Shown here: one piece after another, positions 52,813 through 63,260 of the stretch
How the letters are laid out: the number at the start of each line of letters is the position of its first letter
Position numbering within the stretch: the first letter of the stretch is position 1
Assembly (NCBI GenBank): GCA_050298595.1
Contig: JBNKUM010000009.1
Span: forward strand, 1 to 64,000
Length of the DNA: 64,000 nt
Source: Gammaproteobacteria bacterium
GTDB taxonomy: Bacteria; Pseudomonadota; Gammaproteobacteria; GCA-001735895
Direction: 5' to 3'
Translations under genes and position numbers: made by a program
Notes under the pieces: generated by a model
Databases searched by the model: none
What the model saw: the letters and a program-made list of their open reading frames with translations, nothing else
What the model was told of the DNA's origin: nothing

Positions 52813-53436
52813 ATGATAAAAAAATCAGTGAAGAAAAAGGCGTCCAAAAAAGTTATTGATTATGATCCACTGGCATGGCTGGAAGAAGGAGAAGATAAAA
52901 ACCAGCAAGAGGAATCAGCTTCCCCATCTACGATAGAGAATCAGTCCAGCGATAACGCGGAGAGTCAGGAGAACACGGCAGCTTTTGGATTTTTTGATGA
53001 TGACCCAGTAGAAGAGGTCGCTCAGGTTGCGAGTACTGATGAAGATGATTTAGCTTACGGTTTTTTTGACGATGCTCCCATTTCAATGCAATCACAATCC
53101 GCGCGTATAGATGCAGATAGCCATACAATTAATCTGGGTGCTGAACTTACCATAAGATCAGTGTCAGAGTGCAAGGCACTTATCGACCAGCTACTGCATC
53201 AGGGAGAAGAGATAAAACTGCAGGTGAATGAATTGCAGAAAATAGATAGTGCAGGCCTGCAAATGCTTTACAGTCTTAAAAAGACACTGGATAAAAGTGG
53301 ACAGAAAATCCACTGGATGAGTTCGGGTGCAGTGGTTAACGAAGTAGCACAGATGTTAGGCTTGCCCGAACTGGCAGATACCTCTGTAGATGAAGGCGAA
53401 GAGCAGCAGGAAAATAGCGCTTTCGGTTTTTTCTAG
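52813..53436 (+). CDS. STAS-domain protein with acidic tails and three (F/Y)GFF motifs
   Basis: LTI..IDSAGLQML STAS core; YDPLAWL, AFGFFDD, AYGFFDD, AFGFF*. Confidence 0.75.
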   Translation: MIKKSVKKKASKKVIDYDPLAWLEEGEDKNQQEESASPSTIENQSSDNAESQENTAAFGFFDDDPVEEVAQVASTDEDDLAYGFFDDAPISMQSQSARIDADSHTINLGAELTIRSVSECKALIDQLLHQGEEIKLQVNELQKIDSAGLQMLYSLKKTLDKSGQKIHWMSSGAVVNEVAQMLGLPELADTSVDEGEEQQENSAFGFF

Positions 53437-53459
53437 CTAAAACAATTTAAGGAGTCTTC

Positions 53460-54026
53460 ATGTCTGAAAATTCTGATAGTCGATCCACTAGCGGTCAATC
53501 TGAGGTTGACTGGAGCCAGGTGCAGGAAACTGTGCGTATGTTATTTCTGACTGTAGCACAGATTGAAATTGCGCTTACCGAAAGTGATGAGTCTTTTGAC
53601 CATTTAACACATAGTTTTACTAACATAATGGAATATGAAAAAAATATTGCGCAGGTAGTAGAAGGGTTACCTGATTCTGAACAGACGCTGGCGTTGCGCG
53701 ATAGTATTAGACACAGCACACAAAAACTCAGACAGGAATTTCAGGGCGCGATCATCGCGTTTCAATTTTATGACAAGTTAACTCAGCGCCTGTCGCATGT
53801 CTGCAGTAGTATTGAAGCTATGAGTGGTCTGGTCGGCGATACCAGCAAGAATAATGATCCTGCACAATGGACCCTTTTGCAGGATGCAATTAAATCCAGA
53901 TATAGCATGCACGAAGAGTATGAAATGTTTGACAATGTGATGAAGGGTGATGATGTGCGTGAAGCGGTGCGGAAATATTATGAAACCCATAAAGATGATC
54001 TCTCTGGAGACATCGAGTTCTTTTAA
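53460..54026 (+). CDS. Conserved helical chemotaxis-associated protein
   Basis: AIIAFQFYDKLTQRLSHV, C-terminal GDIEFF. Confidence 0.75.
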   Translation: MSENSDSRSTSGQSEVDWSQVQETVRMLFLTVAQIEIALTESDESFDHLTHSFTNIMEYEKNIAQVVEGLPDSEQTLALRDSIRHSTQKLRQEFQGAIIAFQFYDKLTQRLSHVCSSIEAMSGLVGDTSKNNDPAQWTLLQDAIKSRYSMHEEYEMFDNVMKGDDVREAVRKYYETHKDDLSGDIEFF

Positions 54027-54868
54027 TGTCTGTCAATGTGGAACAGGAAAAAGAGTTTAGTTTTTCGAGTAAGGATTTTGATTACCTGCGTAAACTGGTG
54101 ACCGATACCACGGGTATTCTAGCTGGCGATGATAAGTACACAATGTACTATTCGAGGCTAGCGCGAAGGCTCAGAAAACTGGGCCTGAAAGATTTTACTG
54201 CCTACCGCAAATATCTGAATGATCATCTGGATACGGAGCTTATTGAGCTGGTGAATGCCGTCACCACCAATCTGACTGCTTTTTTTCGTGAAAACCACCA
54301 TTTCGAATTCTTAAAGGATACGGTTGTCGCTAAACTAAAATCAAGAGGGGCTAGAAAGGTTCGTATCTGGTCTGCAGGCTGTTCAACAGGTGAAGAACCT
54401 TATTCCATAGCGATTAGTCTGGCAGAAGCGATACCTGATTATAAAAGCTGGGATATCAGAATCTTTGCCACTGATCTGGATTCAAATGTGCTGCAAAAAG
54501 CATCTTCGGGTGTATACGATATAAGCCGGGTAGGAGGTATAGCAAAACCCCTGTTAAAAAAATATTTTCGCAAAGGGACTGGTAGTAATTCAGGACTGGT
54601 CAGACTAAAGCCAGATATAATCAATCTAATTACTTTTGATCAGCTTAACCTGCTACATAGCTGGCCGATTAATTACATAATGGATTGTATATTCTGTAGA
54701 AATGTAGTCATTTATTTTGACAAGTCTACTAAAGTCAAGCTGGTGGAACGTTATGCAGAACAAATGGTTCCTGAAGGCTATTTATTTATGGGACATTCCG
54801 AATCATTGTATAAATCAACTGAAAGATTTCACTTAATTGGGCACACGATATACCAGAAAACGAGCTGA
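54026..54868 (+). CDS. cheR: CheR
   Basis: TTNLTAFFRE, WSAGCSTGEE, IFCRNVVIYF. Confidence 0.97.
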   Translation: MSVNVEQEKEFSFSSKDFDYLRKLVTDTTGILAGDDKYTMYYSRLARRLRKLGLKDFTAYRKYLNDHLDTELIELVNAVTTNLTAFFRENHHFEFLKDTVVAKLKSRGARKVRIWSAGCSTGEEPYSIAISLAEAIPDYKSWDIRIFATDLDSNVLQKASSGVYDISRVGGIAKPLLKKYFRKGTGSNSGLVRLKPDIINLITFDQLNLLHSWPINYIMDCIFCRNVVIYFDKSTKVKLVERYAEQMVPEGYLFMGHSESLYKSTERFHLIGHTIYQKTS

Positions 54869-54905
54869 TCAGGGAATAATCTGTGCTAGAGGCAGCTAAT
54901 AGCAA

Positions 54906-55541
54906 ATGCAAAAACACGATTTTCCAAAACCCCTTCCAGGCTTTAGCCAGATCAATAGATTTTGGGATTATAAAAATCAGTCTATCTCCGCAAAAATCCT
55001 GCCGGGAGAATACTATGTCACCATTCATGATGAAATCATTGCGACGGTTTTAGGTTCCTGTGTGTCTGCCTGTGTGACTGATATAAAGCATGGCATAGGT
55101 GGCATGAATCATTTTTTATTGCCCCTGCATAAGGGAGAAGAATGGTCAGAGAAATTGACTCCTGATAACCTGGCTACACGTTACGGGAATTTCGCTATGG
55201 AACATATGATAAACGATGTTTTGAAATATGGGGGGCGAAAACAAAATCTGGAATTTAAAATTTTTGGTGGATCAAGGATCATCGGCAATATGGGTGATGT
55301 AGGAATTAATAATATTAAATTTGTACTAAACTATATTGAGGTCGAAGGATATACATTGGTCGCACAGAATGTTGGTGGAATTAATCCCCGTAAGGTGTTG
55401 TATTACCCCAGGTCTGGCCGGGTTCGGGTAAAAAAGATCAGGGATCTGCATAATGACACCATTTTCCGACGTGAGTCTGAATACATGCATCATCTGGACG
55501 AGCCCGAAGCTGTGACCGGCGAGATTGAATTATTTGATTAA
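54906..55541 (+). CDS. cheD: CheD
   Basis: TVLGSCVSAC..GGMNHFLLP, RYG. Confidence 0.96.
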   Translation: MQKHDFPKPLPGFSQINRFWDYKNQSISAKILPGEYYVTIHDEIIATVLGSCVSACVTDIKHGIGGMNHFLLPLHKGEEWSEKLTPDNLATRYGNFAMEHMINDVLKYGGRKQNLEFKIFGGSRIIGNMGDVGINNIKFVLNYIEVEGYTLVAQNVGGINPRKVLYYPRSGRVRVKKIRDLHNDTIFRRESEYMHHLDEPEAVTGEIELFD

Positions 55542-55559
55542 CATCACCCAGGAGTTTGC

Positions 55560-56606
55560 ATGATTAAGGTACTGGTTATCGATGACTCAGCATTGATCAG
55601 GCAACTATTAACTGAAATCCTTAACAGTGACCCCGAAATTGAAGTGGTGGGCAGTGCGCAAGATCCTTATATGGCGCGCGAAAAAATAAAAAAGCTAAAT
55701 CCAGATGTACTGACGCTAGATGTAGAAATGCCGAAGATGGATGGGGTGACCTTTCTTAGAAACCTGATGCGCTTACGCCCGATGCCCGTGGTGATGGTTT
55801 CAACACTCACTGAATCTGGTGCCGATGTTACCCTGCAGGCGCTCGAACTGGGAGCGGTAGATTTTGTATCCAAACCCAGGGTAAATGTGCAGGAAGAGAT
55901 GCAAAACTATGCAAAAGAAATTATTTCAAAAGTAAAAGCCGCATCGCATGCCAGGGTCAGGGGGGCGAGTTTACCTGCACTTAATAAAAAGTCCGCTGGC
56001 GAAATTGCTGCAATAAAGCACTTCAAAACCACCGATATGATAATTGCGATAGGTGCTTCAACGGGCGGTACCGAAGCACTTAAAGATGTACTGAGCCAAT
56101 TGCCTACGAATACACCGGGTACAGTGATTACGCAGCACATCCCGGTCGCCTTCAGTAAACCCTTTTCAGAACGTTTGAATGCTAACAGTGCAATGACCGT
56201 AACCCAGGCTACCGATGGTCAGCAAATATTACCAGGCCATGCCTATGTGGCACCTGGAGACAGGCATTTACAGGTAGTCAGAGACGGCGCTCGTTTTATC
56301 TGTAGGTTGCTTGATACCGAGCCCGTTAATCGGCATAAACCCTCTGTTGAGGTAATGTTTAACTCTGTCGCCAGAAATGTAGGCTCTAATTCGCTGTGTG
56401 TACTACTCACAGGTATGGGGGATGATGGTTCTGATGCAATGGGTGAAATGAAAAAGGCCGGAGCCCCAACGATTGCTCAGGATGAGGCTTCCAGTGTGGT
56501 ATGGGGGATGCCGGGCGAGGCGGTTAAGCGAGGGCATGCTGATGAAGAGGTAGCCTTGCAGAATATCGCGCAGAGAATTGTTTACTATGCCTCCAGGCAT
56601 GGTTAG
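55560..56606 (+). CDS. cheB: CheB
   Basis: REC + [16 protein letters not shown]. Confidence 0.97.
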   Translation: MIKVLVIDDSALIRQLLTEILNSDPEIEVVGSAQDPYMAREKIKKLNPDVLTLDVEMPKMDGVTFLRNLMRLRPMPVVMVSTLTESGADVTLQALELGAVDFVSKPRVNVQEEMQNYAKEIISKVKAASHARVRGASLPALNKKSAGEIAAIKHFKTTDMIIAIGASTGGTEALKDVLSQLPTNTPGTVITQHIPVAFSKPFSERLNANSAMTVTQATDGQQILPGHAYVAPGDRHLQVVRDGARFICRLLDTEPVNRHKPSVEVMFNSVARNVGSNSLCVLLTGMGDDGSDAMGEMKKAGAPTIAQDEASSVVWGMPGEAVKRGHADEEVALQNIAQRIVYYASRHG

Positions 56607-56676
56607 CTGTAGAAATCTACCTCACACTACCCCTATAATTCTGCACACTAGTTATTTAAGCAATTCAAAAGAACTG

Positions 56677-57369
56677 ATGTTTGATTCGATAAAAGTGATC
56701 GCCTTCGATCTGGATGACACACTGTGGCCCTGCATGCCGACGATTGAGCGAGCAGAAGCGGCCACCTATCAATGGTTACAGCAAAGTTACCCGCGCGTGA
56801 GTGATGCTTTAGATGAACGAGGGTTGCTGGAATTTCGTAAGGCGGTTATGCGCAGTGATGATGTTTATCGTATAGATCTATCGTTAATGCGGCGTGAGAT
56901 GCTAGCTCAGCTGGCCAGTGAATTTGATTATGAAGTTGAGCCTATGGTTGAGCAGGGCTTTGAGCTATTTTATCGTCTAAGACATGATGTCAGTTTTTAT
57001 GAGGATGTGTTTCCAGTGCTCGACCAGCTCAAACCACTCTATAAACTGGGATCGATTAGTAACGGTAACGCGAGTGCCGGTCTTACCCCTTTAAATGACT
57101 ATTTTGATTATTATCTGAATGCTTCGGATGTGATGGCGCGTAAACCCGATATCCGTATCTTCAGGCATTTCTGTGATCAACTGGGAATTGCTCCTGAACA
57201 GTGCCTGTATGTCGGCGATGACCCTGTTTACGACGTGGTGGGTGCGCGTGAGTCAGGTATGCAGACCGTTTGGGTCAACAGGGATACACTCAGCTGGCCT
57301 GAAGAGTTAGAACCTGCACAGGCTGAGATAAGCGATCTATATCAGTTACTCGATCTGGTTGATATTTGA
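56677..57369 (+). CDS. HAD-superfamily hydrolase (YigB-like)
   Basis: FDLDDTLW, SNGN, KPD, VGDD..DV. Confidence 0.9.
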   Translation: MFDSIKVIAFDLDDTLWPCMPTIERAEAATYQWLQQSYPRVSDALDERGLLEFRKAVMRSDDVYRIDLSLMRREMLAQLASEFDYEVEPMVEQGFELFYRLRHDVSFYEDVFPVLDQLKPLYKLGSISNGNASAGLTPLNDYFDYYLNASDVMARKPDIRIFRHFCDQLGIAPEQCLYVGDDPVYDVVGARESGMQTVWVNRDTLSWPEELEPAQAEISDLYQLLDLVDI

Positions 57370-58011
57370 TCAGTTCCCCATCTCAAGAAATTTTTTCACC
57401 ACTTTATCTGCCAGTATGGGTTGAGCTATCGCTGTTGGGTGGATGCCATCTGCCTGCATGTATTCCGGTTTGCTAGCTGCGACACCTTCCAGAAATCGTG
57501 GTAGATAGCTGATTTTTTGCTCATCAGCAAGTTGTTGATAGATTTGCTGAAATCGCTGGTTATAGACGGGACCGAGGTTGGGAGGGAGCCTGACACCTAT
57601 CATCAGTACCTTAATATTCTGCCCTAAGGCGAGTTTAATCATCTCGCGTAGATAGTTCTGTGTACGCCCGAATGGAAACCCTCTTAACCCATCGTTTCCA
57701 CCAAGCTCAATAATCAGGTGACTGGGTTGATGTTGTTTTAATAAAGCAGGCAGTCGTTCCTGCCCGCCCTGAGTCGTTTCCCCGCTGATACTTACATTGA
57801 TGACGGTAATATTTGACCCTTGCTGGTGCAACTTCTGCTCAAATAAAACCGGCCAGCTTTGTTCAATTGCAATATTATGAGCAGCACTTAAACTGTCGCC
57901 CAGAATCAGGATCTTCGCGTTAGATGATTGCCCCGCAGCCAGGCTTGAAGTCGACATCAGGCAACACCATATAGTGACCACTATGGAAAAAAAACTAGAA
58001 GAATGCATCAT
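57370..58011 (-). CDS. tesA: GDSL arylesterase/thioesterase I
   Basis: GDSLS, ELGGNDGLRG, DGIHP; start approximate. Confidence 0.92.
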   Translation of the reverse strand: MMHSSSFFSIVVTIWCCLMSTSSLAAGQSSNAKILILGDSLSAAHNIAIEQSWPVLFEQKLHQQGSNITVINVSISGETTQGGQERLPALLKQHQPSHLIIELGGNDGLRGFPFGRTQNYLREMIKLALGQNIKVLMIGVRLPPNLGPVYNQRFQQIYQQLADEQKISYLPRFLEGVAASKPEYMQADGIHPTAIAQPILADKVVKKFLEMGN

Positions 58012-58663
58012 TGTCTCGAATCTTGGTAAAAAGGTAAAAGCACCCGAAGGTGACCTGACCATATTGCAGGACATTAACCTGAATGTGAAGTCTGGAGAAG
58101 CTATAGTCATTACCGGTGAGAGTGGTTCAGGCAAAACCACCTTACTGGGCCTGATGGCTGGACTAGATAGCCCTGATCAGGGTGAGGTCACACTATTGGG
58201 TGAAGCCCTGTCCACTAAAAACGAGGAGCAACGTGCTCGTATACGCAACGGGCGTGTTGGCTTTGTGTTCCAGTCTTTTCATCTGGTCACAGGTGCAACT
58301 GCACTGCAGAATGTTATGTTACCACTGGAACTGTCGGGTCATATGAAAGCCCGGCAGCATGCTAAAGAAGTGCTCTGCGAGGTAGGACTGGAACATCGAA
58401 TGAATACAGCAGTCGAACGTTTATCAGGTGGTGAGCAACAGCGAGTTGCCATCGCCAGGGCCTATGCGGTACAGCCGGATATCCTGTTTGCAGATGAACC
58501 TACAGGAAATCTGGATACACACACCGGTGCGCAGATTATCGATTTATTATTTAAATTACGTGACCAGCAGGGTAGCAGTCTGATACTGGTAACACATGAG
58601 CATCGGCTAGCTGAACGTGGAGATAGAGAAGTAAAAATGGCTAAGGGCAGTATTCTTGCCTAG
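57983..58663 (+). CDS. ybbA: ABC ATP-binding protein (YbbA-like)
   Basis: GESGSGKT, LSGGEQQR, ADEPTGNLD; divergent from tesA. Confidence 0.88.
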   Translation: MEKKLEECIIVSNLGKKVKAPEGDLTILQDINLNVKSGEAIVITGESGSGKTTLLGLMAGLDSPDQGEVTLLGEALSTKNEEQRARIRNGRVGFVFQSFHLVTGATALQNVMLPLELSGHMKARQHAKEVLCEVGLEHRMNTAVERLSGGEQQRVAIARAYAVQPDILFADEPTGNLDTHTGAQIIDLLFKLRDQQGSSLILVTHEHRLAERGDREVKMAKGSILA

Positions 58664-61115
58664 ACCGATGAGAAATTTATTTCCTCAAATACATTCGTGG
58701 TGGTTGCTGTGGCTGGCCGCAGTGATCACTATGACTATAGTCGCAGCCAGTCAATTATTTACCGACCGTATCGGACAATTACTGGATCAGCAAGCCAGTG
58801 AGTTACTAGCGGCTGATATGCTGGTTACTTCAAGCGAAAAACTCCCCGAATCCTTCACTGCATTGGCAGAACAATATGAACTATTAACCGCGCAAACAGT
58901 AGAACTACGTAGTGCAATATTCATTGGCGATAACCCTCAACTGGTAGAGGTAAAGGCTGTCTCCAGCGGATACCCTCTGCGTGGCTCGCTGGAGCTGAAA
59001 CGCGATTTATTAACTGAACCCAGAATAACTCGATCCGCGCCAGAGCGCGGTGAAATCTGGATAGATAACAAACTCAAAAGTGAATTGAATAAATCGATAA
59101 CTCTGGGTCAAAGCAAATTAACTGCCAACTGGCTGGTGAGTTATGAACCGGATAGAGGTGGTAGCCTGTTTAATCTGGCACCACGCATAATGATGAACCT
59201 GCTGGATCTTGAAGATACAGGCCTGCTAACCGAGGGGAGTCGAGCAAAATATAAGTTGCTGGTTGCCGGTGAACCGAAGTCTTTACAGGCTTTTAAGAAA
59301 GAAGTTGAAACCAGGCTGGAAGATGGTCAAAAGCTTCAATCACTGGATAATGCAAGGCCTGAAATGCGTAATGCATTGCAGCGCACCAAAAAGTTTTTTT
59401 CTATGTCGATCACCATGACACTGGTGATTGCCATGGTAGCCATTGCGATTACCGCACGCTATGCCGCGTCACAGGAGTCAACCAAGGTATCAGTGATGCG
59501 CACCTTTGGGATTTCGAGCCGACGACTGATTTATTACTACGCCTGGCAGATAGGAAAAATCTGGATAATAGCCACACCGGTTGGGCTGTTTATCGGCCTG
59601 ATGGCTCAATATCCACTGCAGTGGGCACTGGGTTTCTGGTTTTCCAGTAGTCTGCCTGATCCCACCTGGCAGCCTTTTGCGCTGTCGGGATTAGTGGGGT
59701 TGGTTAGCCTGCTTGGATTTAGTTTACCGCCTTTATTAAATGTGGTGGATACACCTCCCATGCAGGTATTGCGTCAGCTCACGCTTAGAACCCGTAGCGC
59801 CAGGTCTCTGCTATTTTCATCCATAAGTCTGTTGACACTCTATCTGGTGCTGCTGCTCATAGTGCCCGATTTTAAGATGGCTACTCTGCTGTATTTACTG
59901 ATTATCGCTATCGGCTTATTTATACCTGCTGTGTTACGTTTATTGCTATATCTCTATGCAAAAACCGTGCAGCAGCATTTCTGGCTGAAGAGTTATGCGC
60001 TGACTCGCTTGCTTAGCTATAATCGCAATGCATTATTTGTCATGTCAGGATTCAGTCTCACTCTATTATCGGTATTACTGATTTCATTAGTTAAAGACCA
60101 GTTGATTCAGGAGTGGGAAACACAATTACCGGAAGACAAGCCAAATTATTTTCTGATTAATATCCCTACTACTGACGTGGATGGGTTAACGCAGTTTTTA
60201 CAGGAAAATGGAATATCTGCCTCAGGTGCTTATGCACTGGTTCGAGCGCGCCTGAAATCCATCAATGAAAAGGAAGTAAAGGAAATAAAGTTTGATAGCG
60301 AAAGGGGGGAGCACCTGTCTAACCATGTGTTCAATATCAGCTATAGTGAGAGTTTACCCGCCGATAATGAGGTTGTAGAAGGTGACTGGTTAGGGCAAAA
60401 ACCTGATGGTAAAGAGTTTTCGGTGGAACAGGGCATGGCTGAGAGTCTGGGGTTAAAGCCTGGTGATACATTGACATTCTCTGTCGCCGGAGAAGAATTT
60501 GAAGGGCAGATTAGCAATATCCGCTCGGTAGTGTGGGAAAATTTCAGGCCCAATTTTTTTATCATCGGCACTCATAAAGTACTGGCAGATAAACCGCAAA
60601 CCTGGTTGATGAGTGCTCTGATAAAATCTGAGCAGAAACCTTATTTGAAGACGCTGGTGCAAAAATTTCCCAGTGTCACGCTGCTGGATATTAGCGAGGT
60701 TATGCAACGTATTAAAGGCATTATTGATCGAGCCAGTCTGGCATTACAGTTCTTTTTTATGTTTGCTATCCTCGCTGCTGTGATTGTATTACTTTCTGCG
60801 TTAAATACAGCCAATTCAGACCGCCAGATGGAAATCGCTCTATTGCAGTCTTTAGGTGCAACTAAGCGCGACAAACTATTTTCTCAGGTGTTCGAATTTG
60901 TATTGATGGGTATAGCTGTTGGTTTTTTTGCCGCGCTTTTTGCCACATTGACAGGTTATCTCGTAGGTGCCTATTTCTTTGATTTGAGTTTTGTTTTCAA
61001 ACCAGAGATATGGCTGTATAGCATTTCTGTAGCAGTAGCTTCGATTACACTATTGGGCACGCTGTTTATTTATCGTTCATTCAATGTCAGTCCTATGAGT
61101 CTGTTAAGAAGTTAA
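58656..61115 (+). CDS. ybbP: ABC permease (YbbP-like)
   Basis: ASELLAAD, YPLRG, EPDRG, PNYFLINI, WENFRPNF. Confidence 0.88.
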   Translation: MPRPMRNLFPQIHSWWLLWLAAVITMTIVAASQLFTDRIGQLLDQQASELLAADMLVTSSEKLPESFTALAEQYELLTAQTVELRSAIFIGDNPQLVEVKAVSSGYPLRGSLELKRDLLTEPRITRSAPERGEIWIDNKLKSELNKSITLGQSKLTANWLVSYEPDRGGSLFNLAPRIMMNLLDLEDTGLLTEGSRAKYKLLVAGEPKSLQAFKKEVETRLEDGQKLQSLDNARPEMRNALQRTKKFFSMSITMTLVIAMVAIAITARYAASQESTKVSVMRTFGISSRRLIYYYAWQIGKIWIIATPVGLFIGLMAQYPLQWALGFWFSSSLPDPTWQPFALSGLVGLVSLLGFSLPPLLNVVDTPPMQVLRQLTLRTRSARSLLFSSISLLTLYLVLLLIVPDFKMATLLYLLIIAIGLFIPAVLRLLLYLYAKTVQQHFWLKSYALTRLLSYNRNALFVMSGFSLTLLSVLLISLVKDQLIQEWETQLPEDKPNYFLINIPTTDVDGLTQFLQENGISASGAYALVRARLKSINEKEVKEIKFDSERGEHLSNHVFNISYSESLPADNEVVEGDWLGQKPDGKEFSVEQGMAESLGLKPGDTLTFSVAGEEFEGQISNIRSVVWENFRPNFFIIGTHKVLADKPQTWLMSALIKSEQKPYLKTLVQKFPSVTLLDISEVMQRIKGIIDRASLALQFFFMFAILAAVIVLLSALNTANSDRQMEIALLQSLGATKRDKLFSQVFEFVLMGIAVGFFAALFATLTGYLVGAYFFDLSFVFKPEIWLYSISVAVASITLLGTLFIYRSFNVSPMSLLRS

Positions 61116-61126
61116 TATATAAAAAT

Positions 61127-63259
61127 ATGTCAGAAAAAGATTTTGAATTCTATCGTCAGATCATTTCCAGAAAAATGCAGTGGGATGATGATCTGCAACA
61201 GGCATTAGAACTCGCCTATCATGCCGAATCAGTTGATAAATGCAGGCCTCGCGCACTGAATGCCATAGAGCGTCTGATGGAGTTTGAGGTTGATAAGGAT
61301 ACGGTAGTGGCGACGCTGGTAACGGACAGGGGGTTACACAATAGTATTACTGAGCAGGATATTAAAACTCGCTTTGGTGAAAAGGTTGCTTCGCTGGCAC
61401 ACGGAATTCTGGTCATTAATGATATGAAAGAGTGTAGCGAGCTCAGCTTCAATACCCCGGAACAGGCTGAAAAATTGCGCCGCCTTTTGATGGCAATAGT
61501 CAAAGATGTGCGCGTTATGCTGGTCAAGTTATGCTATCGCGTTAGTCGTATGCATCTGTTGAAGCATTGTAGCTATGAGCAACGTCAGTGTATTGCCCGT
61601 GAAACACTGGATATTTATGCACCGCTGGCCAATCGCCTCGGCATAGGTAAGATAAAATGGGAAATGGAAGACCTTGCTTTCAGGGCTCTGGAGCCTTTAA
61701 CCTTCAAGCGCATAGCTACCTTACTGGAAGAACGTCGCGCTGACCGCGAACAGTTTATCCAGCAATTTACTGCAAATCTAAAACAACAGATTTCTAGTCA
61801 CGGCATAAAGGGTGAAGTCACTGGCCGAGTGAAACATATAGTCAGTATCTGGCGCAAGATGCAACGCAAACAACTGGAGTTTCATCAATTATTTGATGTG
61901 CGTGCTGTTAGAGTATTGGTTGATAGTATTGCTGATTGTTATGCCGTACTCGGTATTGTGCATACAGGCTGGCATACCGTCCCGGATGAATTTGATGACT
62001 ATATCGCAAACCCGAAGGATAATGGTTATCAATCGTTGCATACTGCAGTAATCACCGATGATGGCAAGGTGGTTGAGGTACAGATTCGTACCCATGAAAT
62101 GCATTCCAAATCCGAGTTTGGCGTGGCTGCACACTGGCGATATAAGGAAGGTGTTGGTCTGGATGAACGGATGGAAAAAAGTATCGCGATGATGCGCGAA
62201 CTACTGGAAGGGTCGGATGAAACTGCTACTGATCTGTTGTCAGGGCTGTCTACCGAGTTGTCTACCGACCGTGTGTATGTGTTTACTCCCAAGGGAAATG
62301 TGATCGATCTGCCCTATGGTGCGACACCGCTGGATTTTGCTTATTCGGTACATTCCTCGATTGGGCACAGGTGCCGCGGAGCCAAAGTTAATGGTCGTAT
62401 AGTGAATTTAACCTATACCCTGCAAACCGGAGAGCAGGTTGAAATTCTGACCGCAAAAGAAGGCAGCCCCAGTCGTGACTGGATGAATAAAAACAGTGGT
62501 TTTCTGAAATCATCAGGTAATCGTGCCAAGGTAAGAAACTGGTTTAACCATCTGGATTTTGAACAGAATGTGATGGATGGGCATGCGCTGTATGAACGAG
62601 AGCTGAGCAAGTATAACTTTCAAAATGCAGACCTGAGCGACATCATTGCTCATTTTAAGCGCAAGGAAAAAGAGCAGTTCTTTGCGGATATAGGCCGGGG
62701 GATTATAACGCCGGCGCAGATTATCGGTTATCTGCAGCACATGGAAAGCAGCAAGGATGAAGACCCATTTAAAAATGTTAAGAAAGCAGAAAGCTCTAAA
62801 AAGCATCAGAAGGATGATATTGTCATTCAGGGCGTTGGAAACCTGCTGACACAATTTGCCAAGTGTTGTAAACCGTTGCCGGGTGATGATGTGATCGGAT
62901 TTATTACCATTGGGTCTGGAGTTACTATTCATAAGCGTGAATGCAATAATATGCTTTCACTGCCTGATGATAAAAAGGCACGCTTAATTGAAGTAGAGTG
63001 GGGCGCGGGAAATGGATCTTCTTTTCCTGCTGAAATTTCAGTCATGGCCTATGATCGAACTGGGCTACTACGCGATATCAGTAGTGTGCTTGCCAACGAA
63101 AAAATTAATCTTATTGATATTCGTTCGACTACAGACCGAGCAGAACAGACGGTGCATTCCAAACTAAATATCGAAGTTGCCAGTGTTGACCAGTTGATCC
63201 TGGTGATTGATAAGTTATCTCAGATCCCAAATGTTCATACCGTCAAGCGTATTAGCTAA
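61127..63259 (+). CDS. relA: (p)ppGpp synthetase RelA
   Basis: YAPLANRLG, NGYQSLHT, EVQIRT, AAHWRYKE, TGS, CC, ACT; HD motif degenerate. Confidence 0.95.
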   Translation: MSEKDFEFYRQIISRKMQWDDDLQQALELAYHAESVDKCRPRALNAIERLMEFEVDKDTVVATLVTDRGLHNSITEQDIKTRFGEKVASLAHGILVINDMKECSELSFNTPEQAEKLRRLLMAIVKDVRVMLVKLCYRVSRMHLLKHCSYEQRQCIARETLDIYAPLANRLGIGKIKWEMEDLAFRALEPLTFKRIATLLEERRADREQFIQQFTANLKQQISSHGIKGEVTGRVKHIVSIWRKMQRKQLEFHQLFDVRAVRVLVDSIADCYAVLGIVHTGWHTVPDEFDDYIANPKDNGYQSLHTAVITDDGKVVEVQIRTHEMHSKSEFGVAAHWRYKEGVGLDERMEKSIAMMRELLEGSDETATDLLSGLSTELSTDRVYVFTPKGNVIDLPYGATPLDFAYSVHSSIGHRCRGAKVNGRIVNLTYTLQTGEQVEILTAKEGSPSRDWMNKNSGFLKSSGNRAKVRNWFNHLDFEQNVMDGHALYERELSKYNFQNADLSDIIAHFKRKEKEQFFADIGRGIITPAQIIGYLQHMESSKDEDPFKNVKKAESSKKHQKDDIVIQGVGNLLTQFAKCCKPLPGDDVIGFITIGSGVTIHKRECNNMLSLPDDKKARLIEVEWGAGNGSSFPAEISVMAYDRTGLLRDISSVLANEKINLIDIRSTTDRAEQTVHSKLNIEVASVDQLILVIDKLSQIPNVHTVKRIS

Positions 63260-63260
63260 T

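Noticed and set aside
57974-58011. Head-to-head overlap of tesA and ybbA
   Set aside because: Known conserved arrangement in gammaproteobacteria
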